In this document: positions 6,176-15,972 of the stretch, one piece after another | Position numbering within the stretch: the first letter of the stretch is position 1 | Layout of the letters: the number at the start of each line of letters is the position of its first letter | Source of the DNA: Anaerolineae bacterium | GTDB taxonomy: Bacteria > Chloroflexota > Anaerolineae > JAADDB01 | Direction: 5' to 3' | Length of the DNA: 34,842 nucleotides | Assembly (NCBI GenBank): GCA_026983525.1 | Contig: JALWHQ010000435.1 | Location: 1-34,842 of the forward strand | The notes under the pieces: model-generated | Seen by the model: the letters and a program-made list of their open reading frames with translations, nothing else | Databases searched by the model: none | Told to the model about the DNA's origin: nothing | Position numbers and translations under genes: made by a program

Positions 6176-7678
6176 ATGAAACGTTGGTTACTTCTCGTCA
6201 CAGTCTTGCTTCTTGCTTCCTTGGTTTTGGCAGCATGTCCTCAGCCCACGCCTCAAGTAGTTAAGGAAACGGTCGTGGTGACCAAAGAGGTCGAGAAGGT
6301 GGTGACCAAGGAAGTCGAGAAGGTGGTCACCAAAGAGGTAGAGAAGGTTGTCACGAAAGTTGTTGAGGTCGAAAAGAAGCCTGAACTTCAGGTCATCAAG
6401 TTGACAGCGTGGACCATCGGCCCTGATGAGCCGTCCTTCTATCGACGCGACAACCTCATAGAGGCGGCCAAGCGTCTGAACAAAGATCTGGAGGCCCTTG
6501 GCTCCAACGTGCGGGTGGAACTCGAGGCCACCTTCGACACGGGCGATTGGGGAGACTACAAACAGAAGTTCATCCTGGCCGCACAGGCGGGCAACGCCCC
6601 TGACATTATCCTCAGTGGTCACGAGGATGTCGCGCCCTGGGGCGATGCCGGCTACATCATCCCGCTGACGGATTACATCCAGCAGTACTGGGAGGAGACC
6701 TATCAGGACATCATCCCCGCGCTGTGGAAGTCCGTGGAGTACAAGGGTGAGCGCTGGGCAGTACCGCAGGATACTGAGGCCCGCCCTATGTACTTCAGCA
6801 AGAAACTGCTGCGAGACTGGGGTTGGAGCGAGGATCAGATCAACGCGCTGCCCCAACAGGTACGCGCGGGTGAGTTCACCCTGTACGACATGCTCGAACT
6901 GGCCAAGAAGGCTCAGGACGAGGGTGTGGTAGAGGAGGGCTATGGTTACTGGACGCGCCCCAAGAAGGGTGGTGACTTCTACCACATCTACTTCGCGTTT
7001 GGCGGTGAGATGCAGGATCCCGAGACGGGCAAACTGGTCGTGGTGAAGGACGCGCTGCGCAAGTGGCTCCAGTTCCACTACGACACGGTCTTCACCTACA
7101 AGACCACGCCCGAGGGCTTCATCGGCACCGACTGGAAGATCTGGCACGAGACCGTGAGCAAGGCGGACAAGGTCCTCTTCTGGAACGGTGGTACGTGGCA
7201 CTGGGCGGAGTGGACGCAGAAGTACCTGGATGGCAACGAGGACTACCTGTGGGAGAACGTAGGCTTCATGCTTATCCCCGCGGGTGAGCCTGGCTTGAGC
7301 CCGACCACCTTGTCCCACCCGCTGGTCTACATGGTCTCCAGCAACTCCAAGAACCCGGACCTGGCCTTCCGCATCATCACCCTGGCGACCACTGCGGACC
7401 TGAACAGCCGTCACGCGGTGAACTCCGGCCACCTGGCCATCCTGCAGTCTCAGTTCAACCATCCGGCCTACAAGGCCAACAAGTTCCTGCAGGAAGCGGC
7501 CTACATGGTCGAGTACACCAACTTCCAGCCCAACAGCCCGGACTACGGAGAGTATGACCGCATCCTGTGGACCGCGCTGTCGGCTGTGATGGCCGGAGAC
7601 ATGAGTGTGGACGACGCGGTGGCTTTTGTTGAGGACGAGATGCAGAATTCCTTGGGTGACAAGGTTATCTTCAAGTAA
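6176..7678 (+). CDS. ABC transporter extracellular solute-binding lipoprotein (family 1, carbohydrate type) with a repeated linker
   Basis: Signal peptide with lipobox LVLAAC. Linker (VVTKEVEK)x3 plus a degenerate copy. The remaining ~420 aa has sugar-SBP character (W/Y-rich, PDIILSG, FWNGGTW). GGAGGAGGAGG SD. Confidence 0.85.
   Translation: MKRWLLLVTVLLLASLVLAACPQPTPQVVKETVVVTKEVEKVVTKEVEKVVTKEVEKVVTKVVEVEKKPELQVIKLTAWTIGPDEPSFYRRDNLIEAAKRLNKDLEALGSNVRVELEATFDTGDWGDYKQKFILAAQAGNAPDIILSGHEDVAPWGDAGYIIPLTDYIQQYWEETYQDIIPALWKSVEYKGERWAVPQDTEARPMYFSKKLLRDWGWSEDQINALPQQVRAGEFTLYDMLELAKKAQDEGVVEEGYGYWTRPKKGGDFYHIYFAFGGEMQDPETGKLVVVKDALRKWLQFHYDTVFTYKTTPEGFIGTDWKIWHETVSKADKVLFWNGGTWHWAEWTQKYLDGNEDYLWENVGFMLIPAGEPGLSPTTLSHPLVYMVSSNSKNPDLAFRIITLATTADLNSRHAVNSGHLAILQSQFNHPAYKANKFLQEAAYMVEYTNFQPNSPDYGEYDRILWTALSAVMAGDMSVDDAVAFVEDEMQNSLGDKVIFK
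6275..6346 (+). repeat. Three tandem 24-nt repeats inside the SBP gene encoding VVTKEVEK
   Basis: Units at 6275-6298, 6299-6322 and 6323-6346, with a degenerate fourth unit to about 6370. The units differ only at synonymous positions (AAAGAG/AAGGAA, GTCGAG/GTAGAG). Confidence 0.9.
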
Positions 7679-7688
7679 GTGAGTCCTT

Positions 7689-7742
7689 GCGCTGGGGCAC
7701 ATCCCAGATGTGCCCCAGCGCATCCCCGTCCCCTTTTTCTTC
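7689..7742 (+). terminator. Intercistronic 15-bp hairpin plus T-run between SBP and first permease (attenuator or mRNA stabiliser)
   Basis: GCGCTGGGGCACATC (7689-7703), loop cca, GATGTGCCCCAGCGC (7707-7721), then CCCCTTTTTCTTC. Confidence 0.6.
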
Positions 7743-7761
7743 ATTTAATGAGGTGAAACCC

Positions 7762-8733
7762 ATGACTCAGCAGACTGTGACTGCGCAGGTTACACCCCAT
7801 ATGGACGTCTCCTGGCGGGCCCGGCTGCGCCGTTTTACCACGCCGGCGTTTTTCACAGGGCCAGCATTCGTACTCGTCTTCCTCTTTTTCTTTTTGCCCG
7901 TCATATTGACCATTCTCATTAGCCTAACAGACATGAGCGTTGCGACGATCTCGGATATAAAGTTCGTCGGCTTGAAAAATTACATTCGCATTTGGCGCAG
8001 CCGCACCACATGGAAGATCTTACGGAACACCTTTATCTATGTAGGCTTTACCCTGACGTTCTTCAACGTGGGGTTGGCACTCGTCCTGGCCCTGATCACC
8101 ACACACATTCCGGACCGCTGGGGAACAGCCTTTCGGACCTTTTGGCTTCTGCCCCGTATTACGCCGTCGGTTATCTACGCCATTATGTGGACGTGGTTCA
8201 CAGCCGATGCACCCTACGGCATTGTCAATCAATTCCTACAGATTTTTGGCGTTGAACCGAGAAATTGGATGAGTGCTCAACCGTGGCTGGTGGTCATCGC
8301 GGCCAACGGGTTTGTGGGAGCCTCATTTGGTATGATCATCTTCACCTCCGCGATTCGCTCCATTCCTGTGGATTTCCTTCGGGCGGCGTTGGTGGACGGG
8401 GCGTCTACGTGGCAGCGCATTCGCTATGTGATTCTTCCCATGATTCGATGGCCCATTCTGTTCGTAGTATCCTATCAGACGCTTTCCCTCCTGGCCTCGT
8501 TCGAATACATCTTGCTATTGACGGATGGGGGGCCCGGCTTTTACACGACGGAGGTGTGGAGTCTCCACGCGTATCACCGGGCCTTGTCGAACTATTTCGG
8601 CAATGTGCAATTCGGTTACGGCGCTGCCCTGGCGGCCATTTTGGTGGTCATCGGCGTCATTGCCTCTGTCATTTACTTGCGGGTATTCCGGTTTAATGAA
8701 ATGGTGGCAGAACCTAAGATTGAGGTGATCTGA
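7762..8733 (+). CDS. ABC transporter permease (MalF/UgpA-like)
   Basis: Multi-TM protein with EAA loop LRAALVDGASTWQRIRYVILPMIRWP. Start moved to the ATG at 7762, which has GAGGTGA upstream and lies after the hairpin. Confidence 0.85.
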   Translation: MTQQTVTAQVTPHMDVSWRARLRRFTTPAFFTGPAFVLVFLFFFLPVILTILISLTDMSVATISDIKFVGLKNYIRIWRSRTTWKILRNTFIYVGFTLTFFNVGLALVLALITTHIPDRWGTAFRTFWLLPRITPSVIYAIMWTWFTADAPYGIVNQFLQIFGVEPRNWMSAQPWLVVIAANGFVGASFGMIIFTSAIRSIPVDFLRAALVDGASTWQRIRYVILPMIRWPILFVVSYQTLSLLASFEYILLLTDGGPGFYTTEVWSLHAYHRALSNYFGNVQFGYGAALAAILVVIGVIASVIYLRVFRFNEMVAEPKIEVI

Positions 8734-9575
8734 TGACTGAACATGCAGGTAGCCGGTGGATTCAGGTATTTCTCATTATACTCGTTGCCCTGTTGTGTGT
8801 CCCCTTGGTCGTGATGTATATCTGGTTGCTTGAGGCCGCCTTTGCCAAACAGACCTACGGCATCGTGCCCTCGGGGTTTACGCTCAGTAACTGGCGCTTT
8901 CTGTGGGAGGGCTTCAAGAATATGCCCTCTATTTGGCGTATCACGTTTAATACCTTGGTCTTCGCTGCCATCGTGACTGTGGCGGAAGTCTTCTTCGCCT
9001 CGCTCACGGGGTATGCTCTGTCCCGCATGAAGTTCCCGGGGCGACGAATTTTCCTTTCCTTTACGCTTGTGCTTCACGCGTTTCCCGCGGTGACGCTGCT
9101 CATTGCCATTTTCTACGTGCTCCTGGTCATGGGCCTGTACGATACTTTGCTTGGAGTGATATTGGTCAAGGCTGCCTTGGAACTCCCCCTGGGTGTGTGG
9201 ATCATGAAGGGCTTTTTCGACGGCATCTCGTGGGACATGGAGATGTCGGCCCTGGTGGATGGGTGTTCCCGGTTCCGGGCCTGGTGGGAAGTGCTTATTC
9301 CGAACATTCGTCCGGGTATCGCCGCTCTAAGCATTTTCTCCTTCCTCTCCGGGTGGAGTGAGTTCTTGTTACCCTATATTTTCACCAGTAGTTTCGAGAA
9401 CTTTACTCTTTCGGTAATGCTAAGGCGCCTCATCGGCGATTTTCGCTTTGTCGACTACGGTTTGCTCACGGCAGCGGGCCTCTACTACATGCTGCCTGTT
9501 CTCATCTTTTTCATCTTCACTCAAGAATACTTGTTGAACATTTACGCCGGTGGTACGAAGGGAACGCAGATATGA
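8733..9575 (+). CDS. ABC transporter permease (MalG/UgpE-like)
   Basis: EAA loop EMSALVDGCSRFRAWWEVLIPNIRPG. One-base overlap with the upstream permease: the A at 8733 ends its TGA stop and starts this ATG. Confidence 0.85.
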   Translation: MTEHAGSRWIQVFLIILVALLCVPLVVMYIWLLEAAFAKQTYGIVPSGFTLSNWRFLWEGFKNMPSIWRITFNTLVFAAIVTVAEVFFASLTGYALSRMKFPGRRIFLSFTLVLHAFPAVTLLIAIFYVLLVMGLYDTLLGVILVKAALELPLGVWIMKGFFDGISWDMEMSALVDGCSRFRAWWEVLIPNIRPGIAALSIFSFLSGWSEFLLPYIFTSSFENFTLSVMLRRLIGDFRFVDYGLLTAAGLYYMLPVLIFFIFTQEYLLNIYAGGTKGTQI

Positions 9576-9614
9576 TGGGAGTGGCAGATAGGGGAAAGCA
9601 GATGTGTGGATGAT

Positions 9615-9635
9615 GGTTAGCGGTTAGAGGTTGGG
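9615..9635 (+). repeat. Three tandem heptamers GGTTAGC GGTTAGA GGTTGGG inside a C-depleted spacer
   Basis: Read directly. Same GGTTAnn unit as the palindrome at 428-545, but I see no inverted partner nearby. Confidence 0.7.
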
Positions 9636-9749
9636 AATTCATCAGTGGAATGGTAAGGAAGGTTGAGCGGGGATAATTCATCCGCATGAATGACCGGGCG
9701 GCTCGTAGGCCGTTGAATTGACAATCCGACTACCCGACGAGGTGTAATT

Positions 9750-10835
9750 ATGGAGGTCCGACTTGTACACTTGAGCAAGTACTTTGGTGAAGTAAGGGCG
9801 GTTAATGATTTGAATTTGGAGATTAAGAGTGGGGAGTTTGTGGCTCTTCTGGGGCCGAGTGGTTGTGGCAAGACGACAACTCTCCTCATGATCGCGGGCA
9901 TCTACATTCCGACCGAAGGCGAGATATGGTTTGGTGACCGAATTGTCAATGATCTGCTGCCCAAAGATCGCAATATCGGCATGGTGTTTCAGTCCTACGC
10001 GTTGTACCCTCACATGACGGTGTTCGAGAACATCTCGTTCCCCTTGAAACTGAAGAAGGTGCCTATGGCGGAACGGCGTAAGCGGGCCCAGCGTGTTGCC
10101 GATATGATGCAGATTGGGCACCTGATGGACAGAAAGCCGGCCCAACTCTCGGGGGGGCAGCAGCAGCGTGTGGCCCTGGCGCGCGCCCTGGTGAAAGAAC
10201 CCGATATCCTCCTCTTCGACGAGCCCTTGAGCAACCTGGACGCCAAACTCCGCCTGACCATGCGCGGGGAACTCAAGCGCCTCCAGAAGGACTTGGGCAT
10301 TACCTCCATCTATGTGACCCACGACCAGGTCGAGGCGATGACCATGGCCGACCGGGTGGCCGTACTGCGTGATGGACGCTTGCAAACCTTCTCCACCCCT
10401 GATGACCTGTATAACCGACCTCAAACGTTGTTCGTGGCCGGGTTCATCGGTAGTCCGCCTATGAATTTCATCGATGCTACTCTGGTACAGGAAAATGGAA
10501 AGGTCGTTGTAAAAGCTGAGGGAATGCGGATAGAGTTGCCAGATGAGTTGGGTAAACGTGCATTGGCCCGTGCCAAGAGTGACCGGGTGGTGTACGGTAT
10601 TCGACCGGAGCACGTCCACCTGGATCCCGAAGGGGACATCGAGGCCGAGATTTACGTCGTTGAGCCCCTTGGTCGTGAGGACTTGCTCGACTGCCGTCTG
10701 CTGGGAGGTTCGGTCATGGGGGTGCTTGCCCCCGCGGGCCAGCCCGTGGGTCCTGGGGACAAGGTGCGCCTGCGCTTTGAGGCCGAGCATAGCCAGTTGT
10801 TCGATCCGGAAACCGAGCACACTTTGCTCTGGTAG
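9750..10835 (+). CDS. ABC transporter ATP-binding protein (MalK/UgpC/MsmX family)
   Basis: Walker [11 protein letters not shown]-loop, signature [15 protein letters not shown], Walker [14 protein letters not shown]-loop YVTHD, plus a C-terminal MalK-type regulatory domain. Confidence 0.93.
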   Translation: MEVRLVHLSKYFGEVRAVNDLNLEIKSGEFVALLGPSGCGKTTTLLMIAGIYIPTEGEIWFGDRIVNDLLPKDRNIGMVFQSYALYPHMTVFENISFPLKLKKVPMAERRKRAQRVADMMQIGHLMDRKPAQLSGGQQQRVALARALVKEPDILLFDEPLSNLDAKLRLTMRGELKRLQKDLGITSIYVTHDQVEAMTMADRVAVLRDGRLQTFSTPDDLYNRPQTLFVAGFIGSPPMNFIDATLVQENGKVVVKAEGMRIELPDELGKRALARAKSDRVVYGIRPEHVHLDPEGDIEAEIYVVEPLGREDLLDCRLLGGSVMGVLAPAGQPVGPGDKVRLRFEAEHSQLFDPETEHTLLW

Positions 10836-10844
10836 AAATGAAGA

Positions 10845-10876
10845 AGGGCGGGGTATGGAAAACTGTACCCCGCCCT
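10845..10876. terminator. Bidirectional hairpin between the convergent ABC ATPase and clpX genes
   Basis: AGGGCGGGGTA (10845-10855) pairs with TACCCCGCCCT (10866-10876), 10-nt loop. Confidence 0.6.
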
Positions 10877-10909
10877 CCGGTGCAAGGTCCCTCGATTGTA
10901 CGGTTCACC

Positions 10910-12205
10910 TTATGCCGTCTCCGCGCGCTGAGCCTCGTCGCTCCACGCCACGGGAAGCCCGTGGGCATTGAGCAGCAAGGGGCGTTTGCGCCCTCGCACA
11001 ATGTCCCCATTCACCACACACTTGACCACATCATCCCGCCCGGGGATTTCGTACATCACCTCAATGAGCAACGACTCCACAATGGTGCGGAGACCGCGGG
11101 CCCCTGTCTTTTGCTTGAGGGCCTCTTCGGCAATCGCTTCCAACGCGTCGGGGGTAAACACCAGTTCGACCCCATCCATGGCGAAGAGATGCTCGTACTG
11201 CCGAACAATGGCATTCTTGGGCTCGGTGAGGATGCGCACAAGGGCCTCTTTGTCCAGGGGCTCCACACTCACCGTCACGGGGAGACGACCCACGAACTCG
11301 GGGATAAGGCCGTACTTGACGAGATCTTCAGGTGTTACCTGGCGGAGCAATTCCGCGGTGGAAAGCTTGTGCGGCCCGCGCGCCCCACCCGGTACCGCGG
11401 TAAATCCCACCTGTCCCTTCGCCCCAACCCGCTGCGCGACGATTTCCTCCAACCCGGAGAACGCCCCCCCACAAATGAACAGAATGTTCGTCGTGTCCAA
11501 CTGGATGAATTCCTGGTGGGGATGCTTGCGCCCGCCAGTTGGAGGAACGTTGGCCACTGTGCCTTCCAAGATTTTGAGCAGGGCTTGCTGCACTCCTTCG
11601 CCGGAGACATCGCGGGTGATGGACGGCGTATCACCGGTCTTGCGGGCAATCTTGTCAATCTCGTCGATGTACACAATGCCCACACTGGCCCGCTCCACAT
11701 CGTAATCTGCGGCTTGTAAGAGCCCAACAAGGATGTTCTCCACATCTTCGCCCACGTAGCCCGCCTCTGTGAGGCCTGTGGCGTCGGCAATGGTAAAGGG
11801 CACGTCCAGAATGCGGGCCAGGGTTTGGGCCAGGAGCGTCTTACCCACCCCGGTCGGCCCGATGAGCAAGATGTTGGCCTTTTGCAGTTCGACGTCTTCT
11901 CCCCTGTTTTCCGACAAGATGCGCTTATAGTGATTGTACACGGCTACCGATAGGACCTTCTTCGCTTGCTCCTGGCCGATGACGTACTCGTCCAAACGGC
12001 GGACGATTTCCTTGGGGGGAGGCACGCGTTCTAGGGCCGGGAGGGAACGCTTGAGTTCTCCGGTGCCTACCCCTTCCTCTGCGAGGATTTCCACGCAAAG
12101 TTGTACACATTCGTCACAGATGAAGACACCTTCTGGCCCGGCAATAAGCCGGGTGACTTCGTCCTTTGGACGTTGGCAGAATGAGCAATGCTCTGTATGG
12201 GTCAT
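10910..12205 (-). CDS. clpX: ATP-dependent Clp protease ATP-binding subunit ClpX
   Basis: N-terminal zinc finger CSFCQRP...CDEC, Walker [21 protein letters not shown], pore loop and sensor regions typical of ClpX. Confidence 0.97.
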   Translation of the reverse strand: MTHTEHCSFCQRPKDEVTRLIAGPEGVFICDECVQLCVEILAEEGVGTGELKRSLPALERVPPPKEIVRRLDEYVIGQEQAKKVLSVAVYNHYKRILSENRGEDVELQKANILLIGPTGVGKTLLAQTLARILDVPFTIADATGLTEAGYVGEDVENILVGLLQAADYDVERASVGIVYIDEIDKIARKTGDTPSITRDVSGEGVQQALLKILEGTVANVPPTGGRKHPHQEFIQLDTTNILFICGGAFSGLEEIVAQRVGAKGQVGFTAVPGGARGPHKLSTAELLRQVTPEDLVKYGLIPEFVGRLPVTVSVEPLDKEALVRILTEPKNAIVRQYEHLFAMDGVELVFTPDALEAIAEEALKQKTGARGLRTIVESLLIEVMYEIPGRDDVVKCVVNGDIVRGRKRPLLLNAHGLPVAWSDEAQRAETA

Positions 12206-12222
12206 GGATACCTCACGGTGTG

Positions 12223-12882
12223 TTATTTGTCTCCTTCTTTCGCGTCCGTTCCCTTTTCCCCTTCTTCCATATCCTGGAACAGGGAATGACCGATAACCTC
12301 ATCGACGATGCCGTATTCTTTGGCTTCCAGGGCGTTCATGTAGTAGTCTCGCTCGAAATCGGCACGAATGCGTTCGATTGGCTGTCCTGTGTGACGCGAG
12401 AGGATGTGAAAGAGGAGGTTTTCGATGCGCTCCAACTCGCGTACTTGGATGCGCACATCAGGGGTATACCCGTGTGCGCCTCCACCGGCAGGGTGCATGT
12501 GGATGGTGGCGTGAGGGAGCGCGTAGCGCTTCCCCTTGCGCCCGGCAGCCAGGAGCACCGTGCCCATGCTCGCCGTCCACCCGACCGCGAACGTCGCCAC
12601 GGGCGCCTGAATCATCTGCATAGTGTCGTAGATGGCTAGTCCGGGGTACACGTGTCCACCGGGTGAGTTGATGTACATGTGGATGTCACGCTCGGGATCT
12701 TCACGATTCAGAAACAGCAATTGAGCAACGATCAGGTTGGCTACCTGGTCGTTGATAGGGGTGCCAAGAAACACAATGCGTTCCTTGAGCAGCAGTGAGT
12801 AGATATCGTAGGCTCGCTCCCCACGGCCGGTTTGCTCGATGACCATGGGGATTAAGGCTCTGGGATCCATTATATCTGTCAT
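12223..12882 (-). CDS. clpP: ATP-dependent Clp protease proteolytic subunit ClpP
   Basis: [30 protein letters not shown], active-site region [11 protein letters not shown] and HMHPAGG. Start set at the ATG at 12882 (MTDIMDP), because the 5' extension in the ORF track overlaps the tig coding region. Confidence 0.95.
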   Translation of the reverse strand: MTDIMDPRALIPMVIEQTGRGERAYDIYSLLLKERIVFLGTPINDQVANLIVAQLLFLNREDPERDIHMYINSPGGHVYPGLAIYDTMQMIQAPVATFAVGWTASMGTVLLAAGRKGKRYALPHATIHMHPAGGGAHGYTPDVRIQVRELERIENLLFHILSRHTGQPIERIRADFERDYYMNALEAKEYGIVDEVIGHSLFQDMEEGEKGTDAKEGDK

Positions 12883-12886
12883 GTTG

Positions 12887-14353
12887 TTACGCCTCCCGAG
12901 GGGATGAGGTCGTCGGCTCTTCTGTTCCTTGGTCCGTCTCTTCGGGTGCTTCGGTGCCTGCTGTTTGGGCGTCTTCGCGTGTTGCCGAAGCGTGTTCGAC
13001 TTCCTTCGGGCGTGGAGTTTCCTCTGCATTTGTCTCCGCCTCGGCTACTTCTAGTTTACCCTGAGCGACTTCACTCATGAAATTGAGCACAGCGAGGCGG
13101 AAGAGTTCTCGGAACACGTTGTTTCTGTATTCCTCGTCTGTCTCCATACGATGGTTGAATTCTTCTACCGAATATCCTTGGAGGATCAGGTTGACGATAA
13201 ACTCTTCCCAATCGGCTTCCTTTGGTTCGATATTGTGTTCTTTCGCGATAGATTCCAGGATGAGGTTCTGGCGGAGTTCGCGTTCCGCGTCGGGAAATAG
13301 GTCCTCTCGCAGTTGTTCTTCGGTTTTTCCGGCGAAAGAGAGGTATTGCTCCCATTCCAACCCAAGGCTTTTGGCATACCTTCTCATGGACTGGAGATGG
13401 TCTTCGACCAAGGTTTCCACGAGGAGGGGAGGAAACTCCACCTTGGCCTTTTCTTCCAGGACTTCCATGACCTTCTGACGGTATGCGCGCCTGGCCTCGT
13501 GTTTACGTGCGCGAAGGAGGTTGTCGCGGACGATGTTGCGAAGTTCCTCAACACTCTCTACGTCTGGATTCAATTTCTTCGCAAGTTCCACCGTCAACTC
13601 GGGCAAGGCAAGGCGTTGCCCCTCCTTGATTTCAATGGTAACGTGGGCCTCTTCTCCATGCTCGCGCCAAACATGCTCTTCGGGGATAGGAAGGTCGAAC
13701 TCCAGGGTTTCTCCTATCTTGGCTCCTATGAGTTTCTCCGACAAGCCTGGGAGATATAAGTCGGCTCCTACCTCGACGCTCACTTCTTCATTGTCCACAA
13801 CCACCTCATCTCCCACCTTGATAGTTACTACCGCGTCCAGTAGGTCCCCTTCTTCTATCGACCCTTCAATAGGCTCATGCGTGGCCCAATCCCTGAGCAT
13901 ATCGGTGAGGACTTTGTCCACATCGGCATCGGTAACTTCGGGTTCTTCATAGGGGATGCGGATGCTCATGTAATCTCCCAGGTCAACTTGGGGTTCGAGG
14001 GCCACTTCGAGGAAGAAAGAGGGCCGTTCGAATTCGATGTCTCGTAGGTACGTGTCAATGCTGTCCTGGATCTCCGCGCGATTCAGAGCTTCCTTGATGA
14101 GGGAGTCGATTTCATCCGCGAGGAATTCTCGCATAAGGTACTCTCGTCCAACGTAACGCTCTACGATGGGGTACGGTGCCTTACCAGGACGAAAGCCGGG
14201 GATCCGTACCTCGCGGCTCACCTTTTTGGCTGCCCGTTGCAGTCCTTGCCGAACCGCGTCCTGCCGCACCGTTATCTTGAATTCTCGGGTGCGAGGTTTT
14301 GTAGTTTCCAGTTCTTCTATGAGTATCCGTTCGCTCACGATGCCTCCTGACAT
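12887..14353 (-). CDS. tig: Trigger factor
   Basis: [19 protein letters not shown] signature, and the conserved tig-clpP-clpX order. The true start may be the GTG at 14338, preceded by AGGAGG. Confidence 0.92.
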   Translation of the reverse strand: MSGGIVSERILIEELETTKPRTREFKITVRQDAVRQGLQRAAKKVSREVRIPGFRPGKAPYPIVERYVGREYLMREFLADEIDSLIKEALNRAEIQDSIDTYLRDIEFERPSFFLEVALEPQVDLGDYMSIRIPYEEPEVTDADVDKVLTDMLRDWATHEPIEGSIEEGDLLDAVVTIKVGDEVVVDNEEVSVEVGADLYLPGLSEKLIGAKIGETLEFDLPIPEEHVWREHGEEAHVTIEIKEGQRLALPELTVELAKKLNPDVESVEELRNIVRDNLLRARKHEARRAYRQKVMEVLEEKAKVEFPPLLVETLVEDHLQSMRRYAKSLGLEWEQYLSFAGKTEEQLREDLFPDAERELRQNLILESIAKEHNIEPKEADWEEFIVNLILQGYSVEEFNHRMETDEEYRNNVFRELFRLAVLNFMSEVAQGKLEVAEAETNAEETPRPKEVEHASATREDAQTAGTEAPEETDQGTEEPTTSSPREA

Positions 14354-14515
14354 GATTTCTCAAAGGATAAAGGAGAAGATGTCTCCTCCTAAATGTCTTT
14401 GATTCAACATGGCCCCTTCGTTCGCCCTTGTGACCAGAACGAACGGCCAAACAGCATTATACTTGGGGCTCCAACAAGCGAAGAATTTCCGCTACCGAGT
14501 GGTAATGGAATGCCT

Positions 14516-14908
14516 TCAACGCTGACGGGGCTTACGTTTGGCGCGAGCAAGAAAGGCTTTGAACGCCTCTTGGGCCTCTTGGCTAATGGGATAATACTGC
14601 CCCGTATCCTCCAGGGAAATCTCGTAATCTTTCATGACCTGATCAATTACTCTCTGCAGGGCTTCCTTATCCCATTGAGCAAAGGCATCCTCCAGGGCGT
14701 TGATAAAACCGAACTGATCGATAAGACACAGCGATGCTTTCCCCTCCCAGATCTCCACGAACCAGGAGCTGTCCACCACAGGGGCGTACCTGACAAGTAC
14801 CTTGTCCGAGGAAGTTGGGCGGATGTCCATAATCCGTCCACCCAACTTTTTCTCCAGAGCCTGGATATCCTTCAGGTCCGATGAGTCCACAGTTGCTTCG
14901 CGCCACAT
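14516..14908 (-). CDS. Hypothetical protein (130 aa, no domain recognised)
   Basis: Clean ORF with GGGGA upstream and coding-like composition. It is divergent from larE and upstream of tig. Confidence 0.55.
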   Translation of the reverse strand: MWREATVDSSDLKDIQALEKKLGGRIMDIRPTSSDKVLVRYAPVVDSSWFVEIWEGKASLCLIDQFGFINALEDAFAQWDKEALQRVIDQVMKDYEISLEDTGQYYPISQEAQEAFKAFLARAKRKPRQR

Positions 14909-15029
14909 AAGCTTTCCCCATTACAAATGATTGTGAGCAACCACTCGGCATTTTCTCTATTATAGGCGATACGGGATGTCTTGCTAATTTCCAGGAGGGC
15001 TTATGAACATACCTCATCTCTCCAAAATG

Positions 15030-15065
15030 TGTTATAGTTGTGGGCACATCGGTGCACACGTGCAC
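15030..15065 (+). promoter_or_regulatory. Candidate extended -10 promoter (TGtTATAGT) and palindrome GTGCACACGTGCAC upstream of larE
   Basis: TG-t-TATAGT at 15030-15038. GTGCAC-ac-GTGCAC at 15052-15065, 14 nt before the larE ATG. It shares TGCACACGTG with the operator at 1424-1439. Confidence 0.3.
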
Positions 15066-15078
15066 AGTGGGAGGAGAT

Positions 15079-15972
15079 ATGCGCGAGACGAAAACACGGG
15101 TGGCTTTTGTGGAAATGCCAATCCGTGAGCACACGTTTTCTCCAGCCAATTTGGAGGAGAAGCTTGCTCAAATAGAGGCGCTCATTGCCCCTCTAAGGCG
15201 GGTAATCGTGGCCTATTCGGGAGGGGTGGATAGTAGCCTGGTTCTGGCGGTCGCCCACCGGGTTCTCGGTGACGGTGCCCTGGGTGTGATAGCCGACTCT
15301 CCCTCTGTGCCCCGCTCCGAGTTGCGAGAGGCTCTGGAGGTGGCCGCGTCCATAGGCGCGCGTGTACGCGTCATTCCAACGAACGAACTCGACGATCCCA
15401 ACTACGCGGCCAACCCTGTCAACCGGTGTTACTTCTGCAAGTCCCACTTGCATCACGCCCTGTGGGACATTGCCCGAACCGAGGGCTATCGCGCCATCCT
15501 CGACGGCACCAACGCGGATGATGTCGGTGACTTTCGCCCGGGGCAGGAGGCGGCCCGCGAGCGGGGGGTGGTGAGCCCGCTGCGCGAGGCGGGCATTACC
15601 AAAGCCGAGGTGCGGGCCCTGGCCCGCATGTTGGGCCTGCCCAATTGGGATAAGCCCGCGGCAGCGTGCCTGAGTTCGCGCGTCCCTTACGGCACGCCGG
15701 TCACTCGTGACGTGCTGAAACGCATCGAGCGCGCGGAGGAGGGGCTGCGGAATTTGGGCTTCCGCCAGGTGCGAGTGCGTCATCACGGCCCGGTTGCGCG
15801 CATTGAAGTGCCGACGGAAGACCTGGAGCGGTTGCTACACTTGCGGGACGAGGTCATCCGCGGGGTGAAGGCCGCGGGGTACACGTACGTCACCCTGGAC
15901 CTGCAGGGGTTCCGCAGCGGCAGCAGCAACGAAGTCCTGGCCCAGAAGGAGAAGCAGAATATCGCCCGATGA
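15079..15972 (+). CDS. larE: LarE, ATP-dependent sulfur transferase for nickel-pincer (NPN) cofactor synthesis
   Basis: PP-loop VAYSGGVDSS, ACLSSRVPYG (position of the L. plantarum sacrificial Cys), and additionally NRCYFCK. Start set at the ATG at 15079 after GGAGGAG; the track start is 15040. Confidence 0.88.
   Translation: MRETKTRVAFVEMPIREHTFSPANLEEKLAQIEALIAPLRRVIVAYSGGVDSSLVLAVAHRVLGDGALGVIADSPSVPRSELREALEVAASIGARVRVIPTNELDDPNYAANPVNRCYFCKSHLHHALWDIARTEGYRAILDGTNADDVGDFRPGQEAARERGVVSPLREAGITKAEVRALARMLGLPNWDKPAAACLSSRVPYGTPVTRDVLKRIERAEEGLRNLGFRQVRVRHHGPVARIEVPTEDLERLLHLRDEVIRGVKAAGYTYVTLDLQGFRSGSSNEVLAQKEKQNIAR

Noticed and set aside
6188-7744. 518-aa - strand ORF opposite the SBP gene; likewise 9678..10820(-), 10838..11719(+), 19248..20387(-), 23029..23727(-), 27537..29117(+) and 30990..31961(+)
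   Set aside because: All lie antisense to genes with clear family motifs (SBP, ABC ATPase, ClpX, LepA, the 449-aa membrane-protein ORF, GlgP, Mdh). Their products are Arg/Gly/His/Pro/Val-rich and low-complexity, as expected for stop-free antisense frames in GC-rich DNA.
12883-13029. 5' extensions of track ORFs (clpP to 13029, trpB2 to 4821, larC from 16553, larE from 15040, mdh to 32012, DUF1385 to 33046, permease from 7687, mntA from 18063)
   Set aside because: In each case an internal start has a proper SD or a 4-nt overlap with the upstream gene, and the family-typical N-terminus begins there. The extensions overlap neighbouring genes, hairpins or promoters.
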